Origin: Vermamoeba vermiformis
Lineage: Eukaryota
DNA length: 64,000 nucleotides
Assembly: GCA_045837725.1 (NCBI GenBank)
Contig: JBEWZL010000227.1
Coordinates: 248,001-312,000 of the forward strand
Direction of reading: 5' to 3'
Shown piece by piece: positions 23,653 to 35,774 of the stretch. Below the pieces are notes generated by a model. It saw only the letters and a program-made list of their open reading frames with translations. It ran no database searches and was not told where the DNA came from. A program made the position numbers and the translations under genes. How positions within the stretch are numbered: the first letter of the stretch is position 1; each line of letters begins with the position of its first letter.

Positions 23653-26144
23653 ATGAGGAGGACCGAGCTTTCTTTGGCGGTACTATGTAAGTAATATAAT
23701 GAAATATAGTAACTCCAATAATAATTCGCAAATTAATGGCTTATGAAGTTGAGTCTACTGTCGGGACCAGTGATCTAATTCTCTTTTAATTATAGTTGTT
23801 TTAATATGTACCTGTTATTCTCTTACGATTATAGAGCCCAGGGAATATAATGGCATGGTAAGAACAACACCTTATCCTATTGTTTCATTTCACAACGGAT
23901 CTATTGACGGGATGTCACAACGCGAATGTATTTCTGAAGCATCTAATGCATTTGTAATAATTATAGGTGATACCCACTCCACATTCTCGAACAATAGGGC
24001 CGCGAGATTGGACTTTTGAAATCGTTCGAGAGCTTGTATTGCCAGATGCAGCAAATTTAACCGACAGGTACAACTTATTATCGAATCAAATCTACTATTT
24101 ATATTTTATATACGTAATATTATTCGGCGTGTTTCCGATTTTCCATATTAGAAAAAATTAAGGAATAATGCACGCATCTTGTCAGCGGCGTTTTTGCGCG
24201 CTTTCAAACGTCATATATCATCGTTTCTAATATCGGCTACTCCTTAACAATATTATACATATGATTATGTTACTGCTTATTATACATTGCGAGCTATTGT
24301 TTGACGGGGGACGGCAAAAACGTGGGATCTGATTCAATTTAATTGCAGAATTATTTTATTGGATTTACCCGTGGGATGGTCGCAAGAGCGAATGGCGTTG
24401 CTAGCAGTAGAAAATAATACAGCTGGAATTATAACTCCTATCCGAGCGGACGGTACGGAAAATCTCATCAACGCAATCTCTTTCTAAAAATACTTACATT
24501 TCCATTTATAGTGCCCTTTCCTGGCTTAGGAGCTTATATTTGGGACGGAAGGTACGAATAATTATATTTTAACTCAATCTCCATTTTTCTAATCACAATT
24601 TTTTTGTAGCGACTCACATCTGACGATGATGCCTGCGACTGAGTTGATTATGCCCGATTTCAATTTCTTATCGGACTTAATTAAGAATCAATCGCGCGTC
24701 GTAGTTAATATGACGTCAGAAGGTAAGCAAATAATAGAAATAATTCTCTGCATCTCGATCCTGATCTTCATTTTTATGTGACAAAAGAATACAACGCATG
24801 GGACGAGACATTCCAAAAAGGAGGCATAGCTTTCAGCGTCATATTGTCGCCATTGACGTTCTTCGCGATGGGTTTTGCCGCCTTTAAACTATTTTATTTC
24901 ATCAAATACCGTGGCGTACAAGTCTCAGTCGTGCAAATTGTGTTATTATTCCACGTTATAGGCAATGCTAGCAAGTCTATAATATATCTATATTAAAGTA
25001 ATATTACCTTTATTAATATTAAAATTCTTTTGTTTAGTTCGTTTTGTGGAGTCGACGGTAGATCCGATCATGTCAAGAACAATATTCCCGCTCATAGTCC
25101 AGCAATTATTATTGACCGGCAGTTGGCCCTTTTCATCGTGCTCGACACTGTTAATATCCTTTTATTGGTATGTACTATACGGCGAATCTTTGTGTCGAGA
25201 TTCAAGTGTCAAAACGTCATGGTGAAAAATAATTCCGCTGAATAATTGCGGATATTTTACGAGCATGCAATTCATTAATTAATTACTTCGTTACTATATT
25301 AGGCAAGAACTTATCGATAAGACGAACGCACGAGTCAGCCTCTTCGTTAAAAAGTTGAAGATTCCGTTTTGGATCATCTCGTGCCTTATTTTTGCGATGG
25401 AGCTCGTTAGTTCGACATTACGCGGCACTTATTTTCCGCTGAGTGTTTTAACGACTTTGACGGGCATTTTGTACATTGTCACCGAGATCGGCCTTTCTAT
25501 TCTTTACTTCATTTCAGGTAACTTACAAATGCGATTTTATGCGATCCTATATATCATAGGAATCTATAGTTATTGGTTTATGGAGCTGATTTGATTCTTT
25601 TTTGTAGGAATTAAAATTATCAAGTACATCCGAGCGTCATCAAAGGACAAAACTTCAAAACGCAAGGCCAATCTCATGCGAGTACGTATATTATGGATAA
25701 AACAATACAATATGATCGATTTCTTATTAATTCAATACAGACAACGCGAAGTATCATTATCAGCGGAATTTTGATGATTTTCTTCGTGGTCGCGTTGGCT
25801 ATTGGAGGCTTGAGTAACTTGCTCTATGTTCCTTGGGCCTATTGGACAATTTGGTTCACTATTTACTCCTTCTTGACTGTTGGCAGCATTTTCCAAATTG
25901 CCGCGTTCAATTTGCCCAAAAAAGGCAAGTAGCTTGCAAATTCTTTTTCCAACGCTTTGTTACCTTAATCGTTATGAATATATGCATATTAAGGAGATTA
26001 TTAACTTTGTCCGCAGGTCAATCGACTACAGATGGCGGATCCGTTCGAACAGTCAGATCTCAGAACTCTTTACTCACAGCAAGCGGCACTGGTAGTAGAA
26101 TTGAATTGCATATTCCCCAAGAGTCGACGGCGCCAGCAGTATAA
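23653..26144 (+). CDS. Multi-exon protein with an N-terminal extracellular region and about 7 TM segments (GPCR-like/THH1-TOM-like, uncertain)
   Basis: Signal-like first exon MRRTELSLAVL; successive hydrophobic exons at 24790-25925; Ser/Thr-rich tail ending ESTAPAV*. Confidence 0.6.
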
Positions 26145-26390
26145 TAGTACTAATATTATGATGGGTCGTATCTTAAGTCGTTCTAGTCGTTGACAAATGG
26201 CAAGTCCCCGGCAGTAATTTAATGTATAATAATAAATTGTTAATATAATCAGCTTCTCGAACGTTTAGCGCTAATAAGAATAACGACAATTCACTAATCT
26301 CGCTAAAATAGCCTGAAACAGATATCATTATCAAAAAGATTTTTAAGTTTGATCCGCAGGCTACCAGTCCAATCGGTGTTTATTGCCAAA

Positions 26391-28112
26391 TTAAGAACAA
26401 TGACGTAGATAAGGCATCTTGCTAGTCAAATTCTCGCAGAATGCTAATCGCGCATTACCAAGACCACGAATGTCTTGCAAAGACGTCAAAGCAGACAAAT
26501 GTCGACCGAAGAAAACACCTTCTTCTGCTGGAGAAATGCGCAAAAAAGTCAAATGATTCAACGCTGTAAATAACAACACGTTTTCTTCGCTTCTCCAATG
26601 ATAAAACACCAGCCTCCGCAACGTTGTTATCTTCACTAAGCAGTCTATCAATTTTTCACTACTGTTTGTGCCATTGCAAAAAGAGGTTAATTTTAAATTG
26701 TCAAAATTATAGGCAAAATCTTCGTCTTTTAAATTGATATTTAAAGTGAGCGCTGACAATTTCGATAATTTTGATAAATTATTGACAATGCTGGCCAGTG
26801 GTGCTAATAATGGAATCGCCAAACGTTCCAAAATTGTTAATTGGTCTAAATTTAGCTGCTCGTAATCTCGAGGAATTTTTCTGCCGTTCAAATCGAGGGA
26901 CTTCAACTTGGTCAAAGCATTGACAGTGCTGATATTATTTGCTGAATATGCCTCTAATGATGTCAAGTTGGTAAGATAACGCAAGTAATCCAAATCATTG
27001 GTGACTCCGCGCAATTCTAACGATTCTAATTTTTCGAACTGGATCAAGGATTGCACTTCAAAGTTTCCAACTAACGACTTTAAAGTTGTCGATAATAGAT
27101 TGGCTAGTAATCTATCTTTGTTTCTATCACGAATATCATCATCTGGTGTTGAATCATCGATGTCAAACTTTTGCAGATCTGTCATGGCTGTCAAAAATTC
27201 AAATAGTTTGTACTCAGCATTTGACGGCCAATAAATGTATAATTCTCGTAGCTTCTTTAACTGCGAATATTGATTCAAATGATCCACTGGAATGTTGTCG
27301 CAGAGCATTCGCAAGTACGTTAGATTCGTGTTTGTGTGAAAAGGTAGAGCTTCATTTGTACACAATTTTAGTGATTCTAGCGACGTTAATTGGTCCAAAT
27401 GAATGTCTATAATTTCTGTACCAAAGCTTTCGTATTCGAGGACTTTCAAGTTGCAAAACTGTTTGAATTTTTCGACGGATGCATCCGTTGGTCTAACTAC
27501 TCTTAGATATAGCTTGGTTAACTTGCTAGGGTTCTGTAATTGAGTGAATGGATCGATGCTAAATTTGCCGGAGTGATTTAACTTCAAACACTCTAGATTT
27601 GGTGTCCCTTTCAGAATTTGAGCGAGTTCTTTGGATCCAGCACTTAAAACTAATTTTCGAATTTTAAGGAACTTAGTAATAAACCCTGGGGGAGGATTCT
27701 GCCATCTAAGAAACTCCCATTCCTCGATATTGGTCAGATTGAATTGATTTCGTTAACTTCATCCAATCTTCAAATGTGATGTCTTCGGCAAGCCTTTCTT
27801 TGAATATAAATGACCTTAGATTTGTTAGTATTGATATCGCTGAAACGACGTCTTTGACTGGCATATCAAGTTTGGACTTTGCGAACGAAAGTGAGATTAG
27901 ATGTGGGATCTTCGATAAATGCTCGGTAATGCTGAAAAAATTGTTGTCATTTGCTAAATATATTCTAAAATTATCATAGTGAATAATGTTGAACCATTCT
28001 TTGTTTGCTAAACGAAGAGTTCGTTTCGGATGGATCTTGCATCTAAAAACGTCGTAATCAACTGCCATAGCTCTAAGGGAATACAACCAAATATCCCTCT
28101 TTCTTTATCCAT
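26391..28112 (-). pseudogene. F-box + LRR gene with two frameshifts
   Basis: MDKERGIFGCIPLELWQLITTFLDARSIR continues as TLRLANKEWFNII only after a shift at about 28025. A second shift at about 27745 leads into the long LRR frame. Confidence 0.7.
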
Positions 28113-28799
28113 AATTATTATAGATTTTTTTCTCGCACCGCACGTGCTGTTCTAAACCATCAAAAATAGAAAATGCAACTTAAAATCTATCGGAAGTGGC
28201 TGGCCACGAGCTTAATCATCTGCTAACGATTAGTATAGTGTATAGTATAGCTAGGATAGGCTCATTCAAGAATCGACGCGATCGTCGATCTGGTTTATTT
28301 CTGATCGCGCAGAAGAGACGATGTTTACAAATTATCGAATTTAGAAAATACAGTTACAGCGTAAAAAAGGAGTAACGATAAAAAACGAATGAAAATTCCA
28401 TGGTCAAGCCGCCAATACTTTTGCGTGACGAATGTTTGGAACTGCTTCGGGGTGAAGGGATAAAGCATGAGATAACATATTAAATTATTAGCCTCGCATT
28501 TTACGTCGTGTTTCGCATGACGAGCAAAATCTTCATTGAATACGAAAATTGCTGTTAGAGCCACCAAGCATGAAACATCTCCATCAACGTTTAATCCATT
28601 AATATAACCATGCTCACTTCTTCCAGGCATGCAGATCGGGAGTGGGTAGGATGCCTGCAAGATGCAGAGAGAGGCTCGCCGTACAAATTTATGATGAACA
28701 GCCCAATACCTTGACCACAAGCAGAAAGTGCCGTTTTGAATGAAAGAAACAAAAAGCTAGACACAAGCATCAAGGTGCTCGACCAATGAACGTAACCCT

Positions 28800-29160
28800 C
28801 CCGCCGCAAAAAACGACCAAAAATACAATCCGAGATGAAGATTGATGCCATTATTATTTTGAGAATCAATAAAGAACGGTTGTTTGCTAGCGAAGAGTTG
28901 GGCAGGTAAACAAGGAAGAAATTTGTTAATAATTAACTTCGAGTTATATATACACCTTACCTTATAATCACCTCATAGCCAGTTCCCTTGCGGAAAGAGA
29001 CAATGCCAGAGTTGGAATGGATGGCAGCGGATCGAACTCCTGCACGAAACAATATTATTAATATTTTTTAAAAATGCAGTGCAGTGGTTGCAATCATAGC
29101 ACTAAAACAAGGCTCATGGAGTTGGATTACGTGTACATTATTTTTTAAAAATTCAGAAAC
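28800..29160 (-). pseudogene. 5' fragment and upstream region of a third copy of the Kelch/EGF surface gene
   Basis: 28800-29360 aligns by eye with 31050-31640 (for example gagaatcaataaagaac..gttgtttgctagcgaa). ATG context MASI.. matches the 33146 copy; the rest of the gene is absent. Confidence 0.5.
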
Positions 29161-29363
29161 TTCTTGTTGGTTGAATATTGGCTAGCGTACGATAAATAAT
29201 GCTATAAAATATATTTAATAATTGTCGTTATTATTTGCAAAATATTTATTGCCATAAAACAAAAAATACCTGATCTTTGTTTGGCCTGCAATTGTGCGCT
29301 CGAAGGGAATGATTTCCTCAGCTAATCTTGATATAACTTTGCATTTCGAACATGAACTGTCGT

Positions 29364-31102
29364 TTACAGTACAAAAATAATTGCAGACAAAACGAGCGAT
29401 GAAACAACAACGAGCGAACCACTCGAAATAGAACTCTTCGGGGCCTTGACTGGCGATTGAACGGGTTCGGGACTCACTGGCGGTGCTTGAGGGGCCTCGA
29501 CTGGTGTGTCGCTTGAGGAGGTATTACAGCAGTGCAAGTATATCCGTCACCAGTAAAGCCATCGTTGCAAGCACACGAGTATCCAAGCATTTCATTGACA
29601 CAGTGTGCATTTGAATCGCAGCTGTACGTTGCGTTGTTGAAGCAGTGGTCGGATGGGATCAGCCACAAATCGTTGCTAGCTCCACCGCCAATGCCACCAA
29701 GCATGAACAAATCTCCATTGAGGCTCCGTCCCTTTGCTGTGCCGTGAAAATAGCGACCAGGCATCACGGAGCCAGGAGTGCGGTAGTGAGTGAAGTTGCC
29801 GAGAAGATTGGATTCGTTGTACACCAACTTCCATTGTTTTGACGTCTTGTTGAACAGCCACACGTCATTGAGACCTTGACCACAAGCCATGATAAGTGTG
29901 CCATCCTTACGATCGACAAAGGAGGCAGTTTCTCTTGCTGAAGGATTGTTGTCTGGATGGAAGTCTTCAGAAACGACTGTTTGAGCATTGTTTTTCGTAG
30001 TCGCGTCAGAGCCACGTTCAACTTGCCATTGCGTGGTGCGAGTATCAAACGACCAGACGTCGCTGAATATAGAACCAACGCGGAGAGGAACGCTGACTTC
30101 AGATCCTCCAAAGAGCCACACACGATCGTTCTCATCAATATCACAACCAGGTCCTTGGCGACCACCATAAAGACTGTCTGCGTACACTGTTTGCACAAAG
30201 CTGGTGTTGCCACTGATGAACGTCCATTGCAGCGATGTCGTGTTGAAGTGCCACACACGATTGGTTGATTCAGCGGGTGAAATCATCACGCCACTTAGCA
30301 GCCAAAAGTTGTTCAACGAGTCAGTCACAAAGCAAGCCGCTTCCAACGTTCCCGCGGCTGGAGAGACACCGTCTGGTCCTTGCATCCGTGTGAACAAATA
30401 CGATGTTGTATTGAACATCCACAGCTCACAGCAGTATGTAGTCGTGAAGAACCAAAGGTTGTCGTTGTGATCGATGGTTGAGATGGTGTAATACACTGGA
30501 CCAGGTGCGTTGTCTGGTGAAGGTACGCCAAGCACACCAGGGTTGCGGGGAACTGTGAAGTTGCCAGGACCAGCGACCCATCGGTAGAGATCTGTCTTCG
30601 GATCGTAGTTCCAAACTGTCGTCACGTACACATTATTCGGATTAATACCGAATGAAATCCAAAGTGTCTGTTTCGAGTCCATTAAAACCATTGGGATTTT
30701 TTTACGACCACCAGCGCCAACTGAAATATTACTCCAAACTCCGCGTTCTGGAAACTGTTCGACCGCATCTACGCAAAATAATTTAATTAGTTACAACAAA
30801 TATCCGATTATTATTATTATTAATAAATCGAATTTATTTATCGTCACTTAACAACTTTGTAAAATTATTGAACGAATCCGGAAATACCGGATGGGTATTT
30901 TAGGGATCCGTAAAAAAAAATACCGGATAGATCTTGGTGCAACAAATGCCTAGGTGCCAAGGCACTATTAATTAATGCTTAACTTACCTGCTACAACGTT
31001 TGTTGGCGATAACCAGATCGGCGCAACTTGTGCCGCCAACGATATTGACACGAACAGGCCCACGAACAACAAAACGACCAAAAGTACAACTCTAGATGTC
31101 AT
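29364..31102 (-). CDS. Secreted Kelch/galactose-oxidase-like beta-propeller + EGF + Pro stalk + GPI-like tail protein
   Basis: Signal exon MTSRVVLLVVLLFVGLFVSISLAA; Kelch-like motifs VWLFGG..SDVWSFD and LFMLGG..NDLWL; EGF CDSNAHCVNEMLGYSCACNDGFTGDGYTC. A single-base shift near 29510 separates the tail ...SGSLVVVSSLVLSAIIFVL*. Confidence 0.8.
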
Positions 31103-31644
31103 TGTTGTCGTTGAGAATCAATAAAGAACAGTTGTTTGCTAGCGAATGAGTTGGGGTTAAGCACGTGACATCCCAAACAAGGAAGAAAGATTCGTTAAGA
31201 ATTAAAGACATTTTCGAGTTATATTATACAACACTTACCTTCCGTAGTCTATGTTCCTTACCGGAGGAGACAACCGCCGAACTTGTAATGGGATGCATTG
31301 CCGGCTAGGCACGGATCGAACTCTCTGCACAAAACAAAATTGTTATTAATATTCTTAAAATATATCGTCTGTAGTTGCGTAATTACACAATTAAACAAGA
31401 CTTATGGAGTTGGTTTAGGTAATATTTAAAATTTAGAATCTGAATCTGGTTTGTTGGTCGAATTCGATAAATAATAGTACCAAATATAAGTAATAGTTTT
31501 AGTTAAATTAATATTATTAATTATTGTTTCCGTAACAACAAAAAATACCTGATCAGGTATATTGCTTGGCCTGCTATTGTGCGCTCGAAGGTAATGAATT
31601 CCTTAGCTAATCTCGAGTTTACTTTGCATTTCGAACATTGTCGT

Positions 31645-33146
31645 TCACAGCACAAAAACAAATACAGATAAAACTAGCGATGAAACAACAACGAGCGAAC
31701 CACTCGAGACAGAACTACGGCTCTTCGGGGCCTTAACTGGCGATTGAACGGGTTCAGGGCTCGCTGGTGGTTCTTGAGGGGCTTCGACTGGTGATTGAAC
31801 GGGTTCGGGACTCACTGGCGGTGCCTCTTGAGGAGGTATTATAGCAGTGCAAGTATATCCATCGCCAGTAAAGCCATCGTTGCAAGCACACGAGTATCCA
31901 AGCATCTCGTTGACACAGTGTGCATTTGAATCGCATTCGTAAGATGCATTATTGAAGCAGTGGTCAGATGGAATCAGCCACAAATCGTTTCTATTTCCAC
32001 CGCCAATGCCACCAAGCATGAACAAATCTCCGTTGAGGCTCCGTCCCTTTGCTGTGCCGTGAAAATAGCGAGCAGGCATCGCCGAGCCAGGAGTGCGGTA
32101 GTGAGTGAAGTTGCCGAGAAGATTGGAGTCTCCATAGATCTGTTTCCATTGCTTTGACGTCTTGTTGAACAGCCACACGTCATTGAGACCCCCTTGACCA
32201 CAAGCCATGATAAGTGTTCCGTCCTTGCGATCGACAAATGACGCAGTGTCTCTCGCTGAAGGATTGTTGTCTGGATGGAAGTCTTCAGAAACGACGTTTT
32301 GAGCGTTGTTTCTGGTGGTATCGTTTGATCCGCGTTCTCCATTGCGTGCGGGACAAACGACCAGACGCGCGACAAAGACCGTGAGAGCCGGCGCTGCCAG
32401 ATCCTCCAAAGAGCCCAAGATCTCGTCAATATCACAACCATCCTTGGCGACCACATAAAATTGCGTACATTGCAAATGTTGCAGGAACGTCCATTGCATG
32501 ACTTGAGGCAGAGACGTACACACGCCACAGCAGCCATGTTCAACGAGTCGGTCACAAGCAAGCTGTTTCCAACGTTCCCGCGGCTGGAGAGACACCGCTG
32601 GTCCCATCCTAAGATGGTTTGAACATCCACAGCTCGCAGCAGACTGGTGAGAACCAGTTTGTTAGGGTGGGAATACACTGAGCCAGGGCGTCGGGAAGGA
32701 CGCCAGTCACCAGGCAGGACCAGCGACCCACGGTGAGATGTCCGGACGAGTCCAAGCTGTCATCAAGTGTGAAAGCACTCGAACCGAATGCAATCCAAAG
32801 CGTCCTCTCGAGTCCATTAAAATCATCGGGATTGCTCTGCGACCACCGGTGCATGAAATATTACTCCAAACGCCACGTTCTGGAAACTGTCGAGCACTAG
32901 TATAGAGTTTTTCTGGTGAGTAATTCTTTGTCGTAGTATTTTAGGGATCCGTAAAAAAAAATACAGGATAGATCTTGGTGCTACAAATGCTTACGTGCCT
33001 AGGCACTATTAATTACTGATTAACTTACTTGCTGCAACGTTTGTAGGCGATAACCAGATCGGCGCAATTTTTGCCGCCAACGATGTTGACACGAGCAACA
33101 AAACGATCAGGTACACAAAGCGAGATGATGAAGAGATTGATGCCAT
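31645..33146 (-). pseudogene. Tandem paralog of the Kelch/EGF gene, 5' half riddled with small deletions
   Basis: 31645-32330 is intact and close to copy 1. 32330-32900 is colinear with copy 1 but has many short deletions. Signal exon MASISSSSRFVYLIVLLLVSTSLAA. Confidence 0.65.
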
Positions 33147-33969
33147 TGTTGCTGTTGAGAGTCAAGCAAGAATAGTTGTTATGAAAGTGAATAATTTGTG
33201 TTGTTGAAACGAGCAGCACGTGCTGGCATCACACGGATCCAGTGTACCGAACTAAACAAGGAAATTATGAGCACAAAGAAAGAAATTTTAATAATTAAAT
33301 ATTTTCAAGTTATATCAACACCGACCTCCAATAAGTATGCAGTCCTGGTAATCCGTTCGAGGAAAATTCCGCCAAGTTTTGAAACACTAAATAAATTTGG
33401 CTTAGGAATACATATACAGTTTATATTATATATTATATTTATTTGTACTTAAATAATTTAATTTAATATCGGGACATCGGCGTTATTAATAAGTAATTTG
33501 TGCGGAAAAAATATTCTGGATTCGATCAAATACGACCCAAATAATTTACCTTACCAGTAAGTTTATTATACGAGAGGAAGATGGCCGATAGGATCTCGTA
33601 GAAACCTAGTATTGATCCGGCGACGTCCAGCCTGGACAGTACTGGTCAGCCTTGCATCAGAACCTACCTCTGACTTCAACGGATCTTTATCATTCTAATG
33701 TTAAGGGAATTATTAAATATATGATCGGGTGCTGTGCGATCACATGTTGTCTTCATTTCGTTCTGTTTACTTATTTTCTTATTATTTTGATTGATGTTCA
33801 CAGAGCGCCAGGAAAAAAATCAGAAGCGTGAGACTGGCTGTGAATTGTAAACAATATTATTTTAATTTGTCAATGGACCGTTTTTTGCATTGTAAAATCA
33901 ATACGGATCAGTCTAGACTCCTTCGTGTGGAAGTACTAATTGATGATAAGAGCTTTCGAAGAGGCTGTC

Positions 33970-35715
33970 ATGGAGGAAAGTCAACCTAAAGCGAATAAGA
34001 AGCCAAGATTGGTAAGGGGACTCAAAGATCTTTTGTCAATTATAACCAATTAAATCCGTTAACTAAATTATAAATATAATGAGGATGATTTATTATATTT
34101 TGTTAGGTTGGGCTAATTTCTTATTTTTTTCTAGCCTTATTATGACACATCTGCACTTCCAAAAGACGTGTGGGGTGTTGTGCTCAAGTGTCTGCATTTA
34201 TATGACATAATATTTATACGCGCTACGAGTTCAACGTTTTACAAGTTATGCAAAGAGTACCGACCGTTCCCGAAGTATTTCGTTCTGGATCAAGACAAGT
34301 GCATGGAGTATTTGGTCGAGAAAGGCTTCATATCGTGCTTGGACTATGTTAAGAACACTCTACGCTTCGAATGGCCCCAAACCAATGCACTCTTTTCCAT
34401 CGCCATTCGATCTGGTCAAGTTCACATGGTGAAATTTCTACGAGAAAAAAACTACGTCCTGAACCCCGATGCTCTATGTGAATGTACTGCGGGCACTTGC
34501 GACTTATCGATGCTCAAATACTTGCACGAGAGTGGCGTGCCTTTCGCGCAAACTTTTCAGGGAAAACCTGTTCGCTCACAACCAATGGCGAACATGGCCT
34601 TCCATGGGCACTTGGCGTGCATGAAATATGCGATGGAGAATGGTTACACTCAACACGTGATTAATTACACACCGTCAATCGAGTGCTTGGACTTTGCCAT
34701 TCAGCATGGATTCGATTGGAAAGGCTATCTACTCTATGAAAATATCTGTGAAGTGGCAGCAGAGCACGGCAACTTGGAGATGTTGAAGTATGCACATCAA
34801 CACGGTGCACGGCTCAAAACTAGCACAACGTTGGCAGCTAAAGGAGGGCATTTAGAGTGCTTGAAATACGCAGTAGAGAGCACGGATAACACTGACTCAC
34901 CAAGCTTTGCTAAAACATTGCCGTGCTTCAAATATCTGGTAGAGAAATATCCGCAGACATTCAAGACAAATCCGAATTGGATCGCACAATTTAAATTGGG
35001 CAATATTGAAATATTACGATTCATGCTCAACAAGGGTTTTCCTGTGCCAGACAAACCATTTCATTCATTTATGGTGGATGCAGCTGCAAGCTCGGCAGAA
35101 AACTTCAAATTCTTGCTGGATGACTTGCAGGTGTTAGATCCGTCCCAGATGTCACTTTATCTCCCTTTGATCTATGGTGATATAAACAGCTTGAAGATAG
35201 CACTCGAGCGCAATCTATTGTACGATTCACCGGAATTAAAGCCAAATGATCGTGCAGATATTGCTGAGAAAGCAATTAGGTCAAAAAATGTCAAAATCGT
35301 GGAACTTATTTGGGAGAAATTTCAACTCAAACTCCAACCAAAAATTGATCCATACAGCTCATTGATGTTTGCCTTAGCACAATCAACCCCCGAAATTTTT
35401 GACTTTTTGACGCAACAAGGAGCGATATGGACTTCGGACCATCTTGTGGCCGTTTCAGAATATAGCTTACCTAATATGGCATATCTCACCCGTCTAGGCT
35501 GTAAGTTTAGGTTAAATTTTGTTGTACGGACAAAAACGTTTGACTAAATAATTATTATGATTATTCTTATCAGGTAAATGGGGCGAAAGAGCTTGTTCAA
35601 CGAAGATTGCGATGTGTGTCAAGTATGCAAGAGAACATGGCTGTGTACGTTTTGTGGGATGTGTAGATTATAAATTTTTTTTTTTTTTTGAGAAAAGCAG
35701 ATCCGGCAAAACTGA
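33970..35715 (+). CDS. F-box-like + ankyrin-repeat protein (amoeba/giant-virus type)
   Basis: SALPKDVWGVVLKCLHLYDIIFIRATS; repeats ICEVAAEHGNLEMLKYAHQHGA and AAKGGHLECLKYA. 3' end approximate. Confidence 0.8.
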
Positions 35716-35774
35716 AGGACCCTCAAATATAAAATGAAAGAGAAATCTTTAATACTAAACGCTATGAATCAAGT

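Noticed and set aside
26198-26215. AAGTCCCCGG resembling the RNase MRP CR-I motif
   Set aside because: No complementary GGGGCT/CR-V element found downstream; it lies in a probable 3' UTR.
29474-29520. Programmed ribosomal frameshift producing the anchored form
   Set aside because: No slippery heptamer. A single missing A or a recent mutation is the simpler explanation.
30875-30935. Short inverted/direct repeats (atccgg..ccggat, ggatcc) in the Kelch gene intron, partly shared at 32935
   Set aside because: Too short and imperfect to call a MITE; the second occurrence is explained by the gene duplication.
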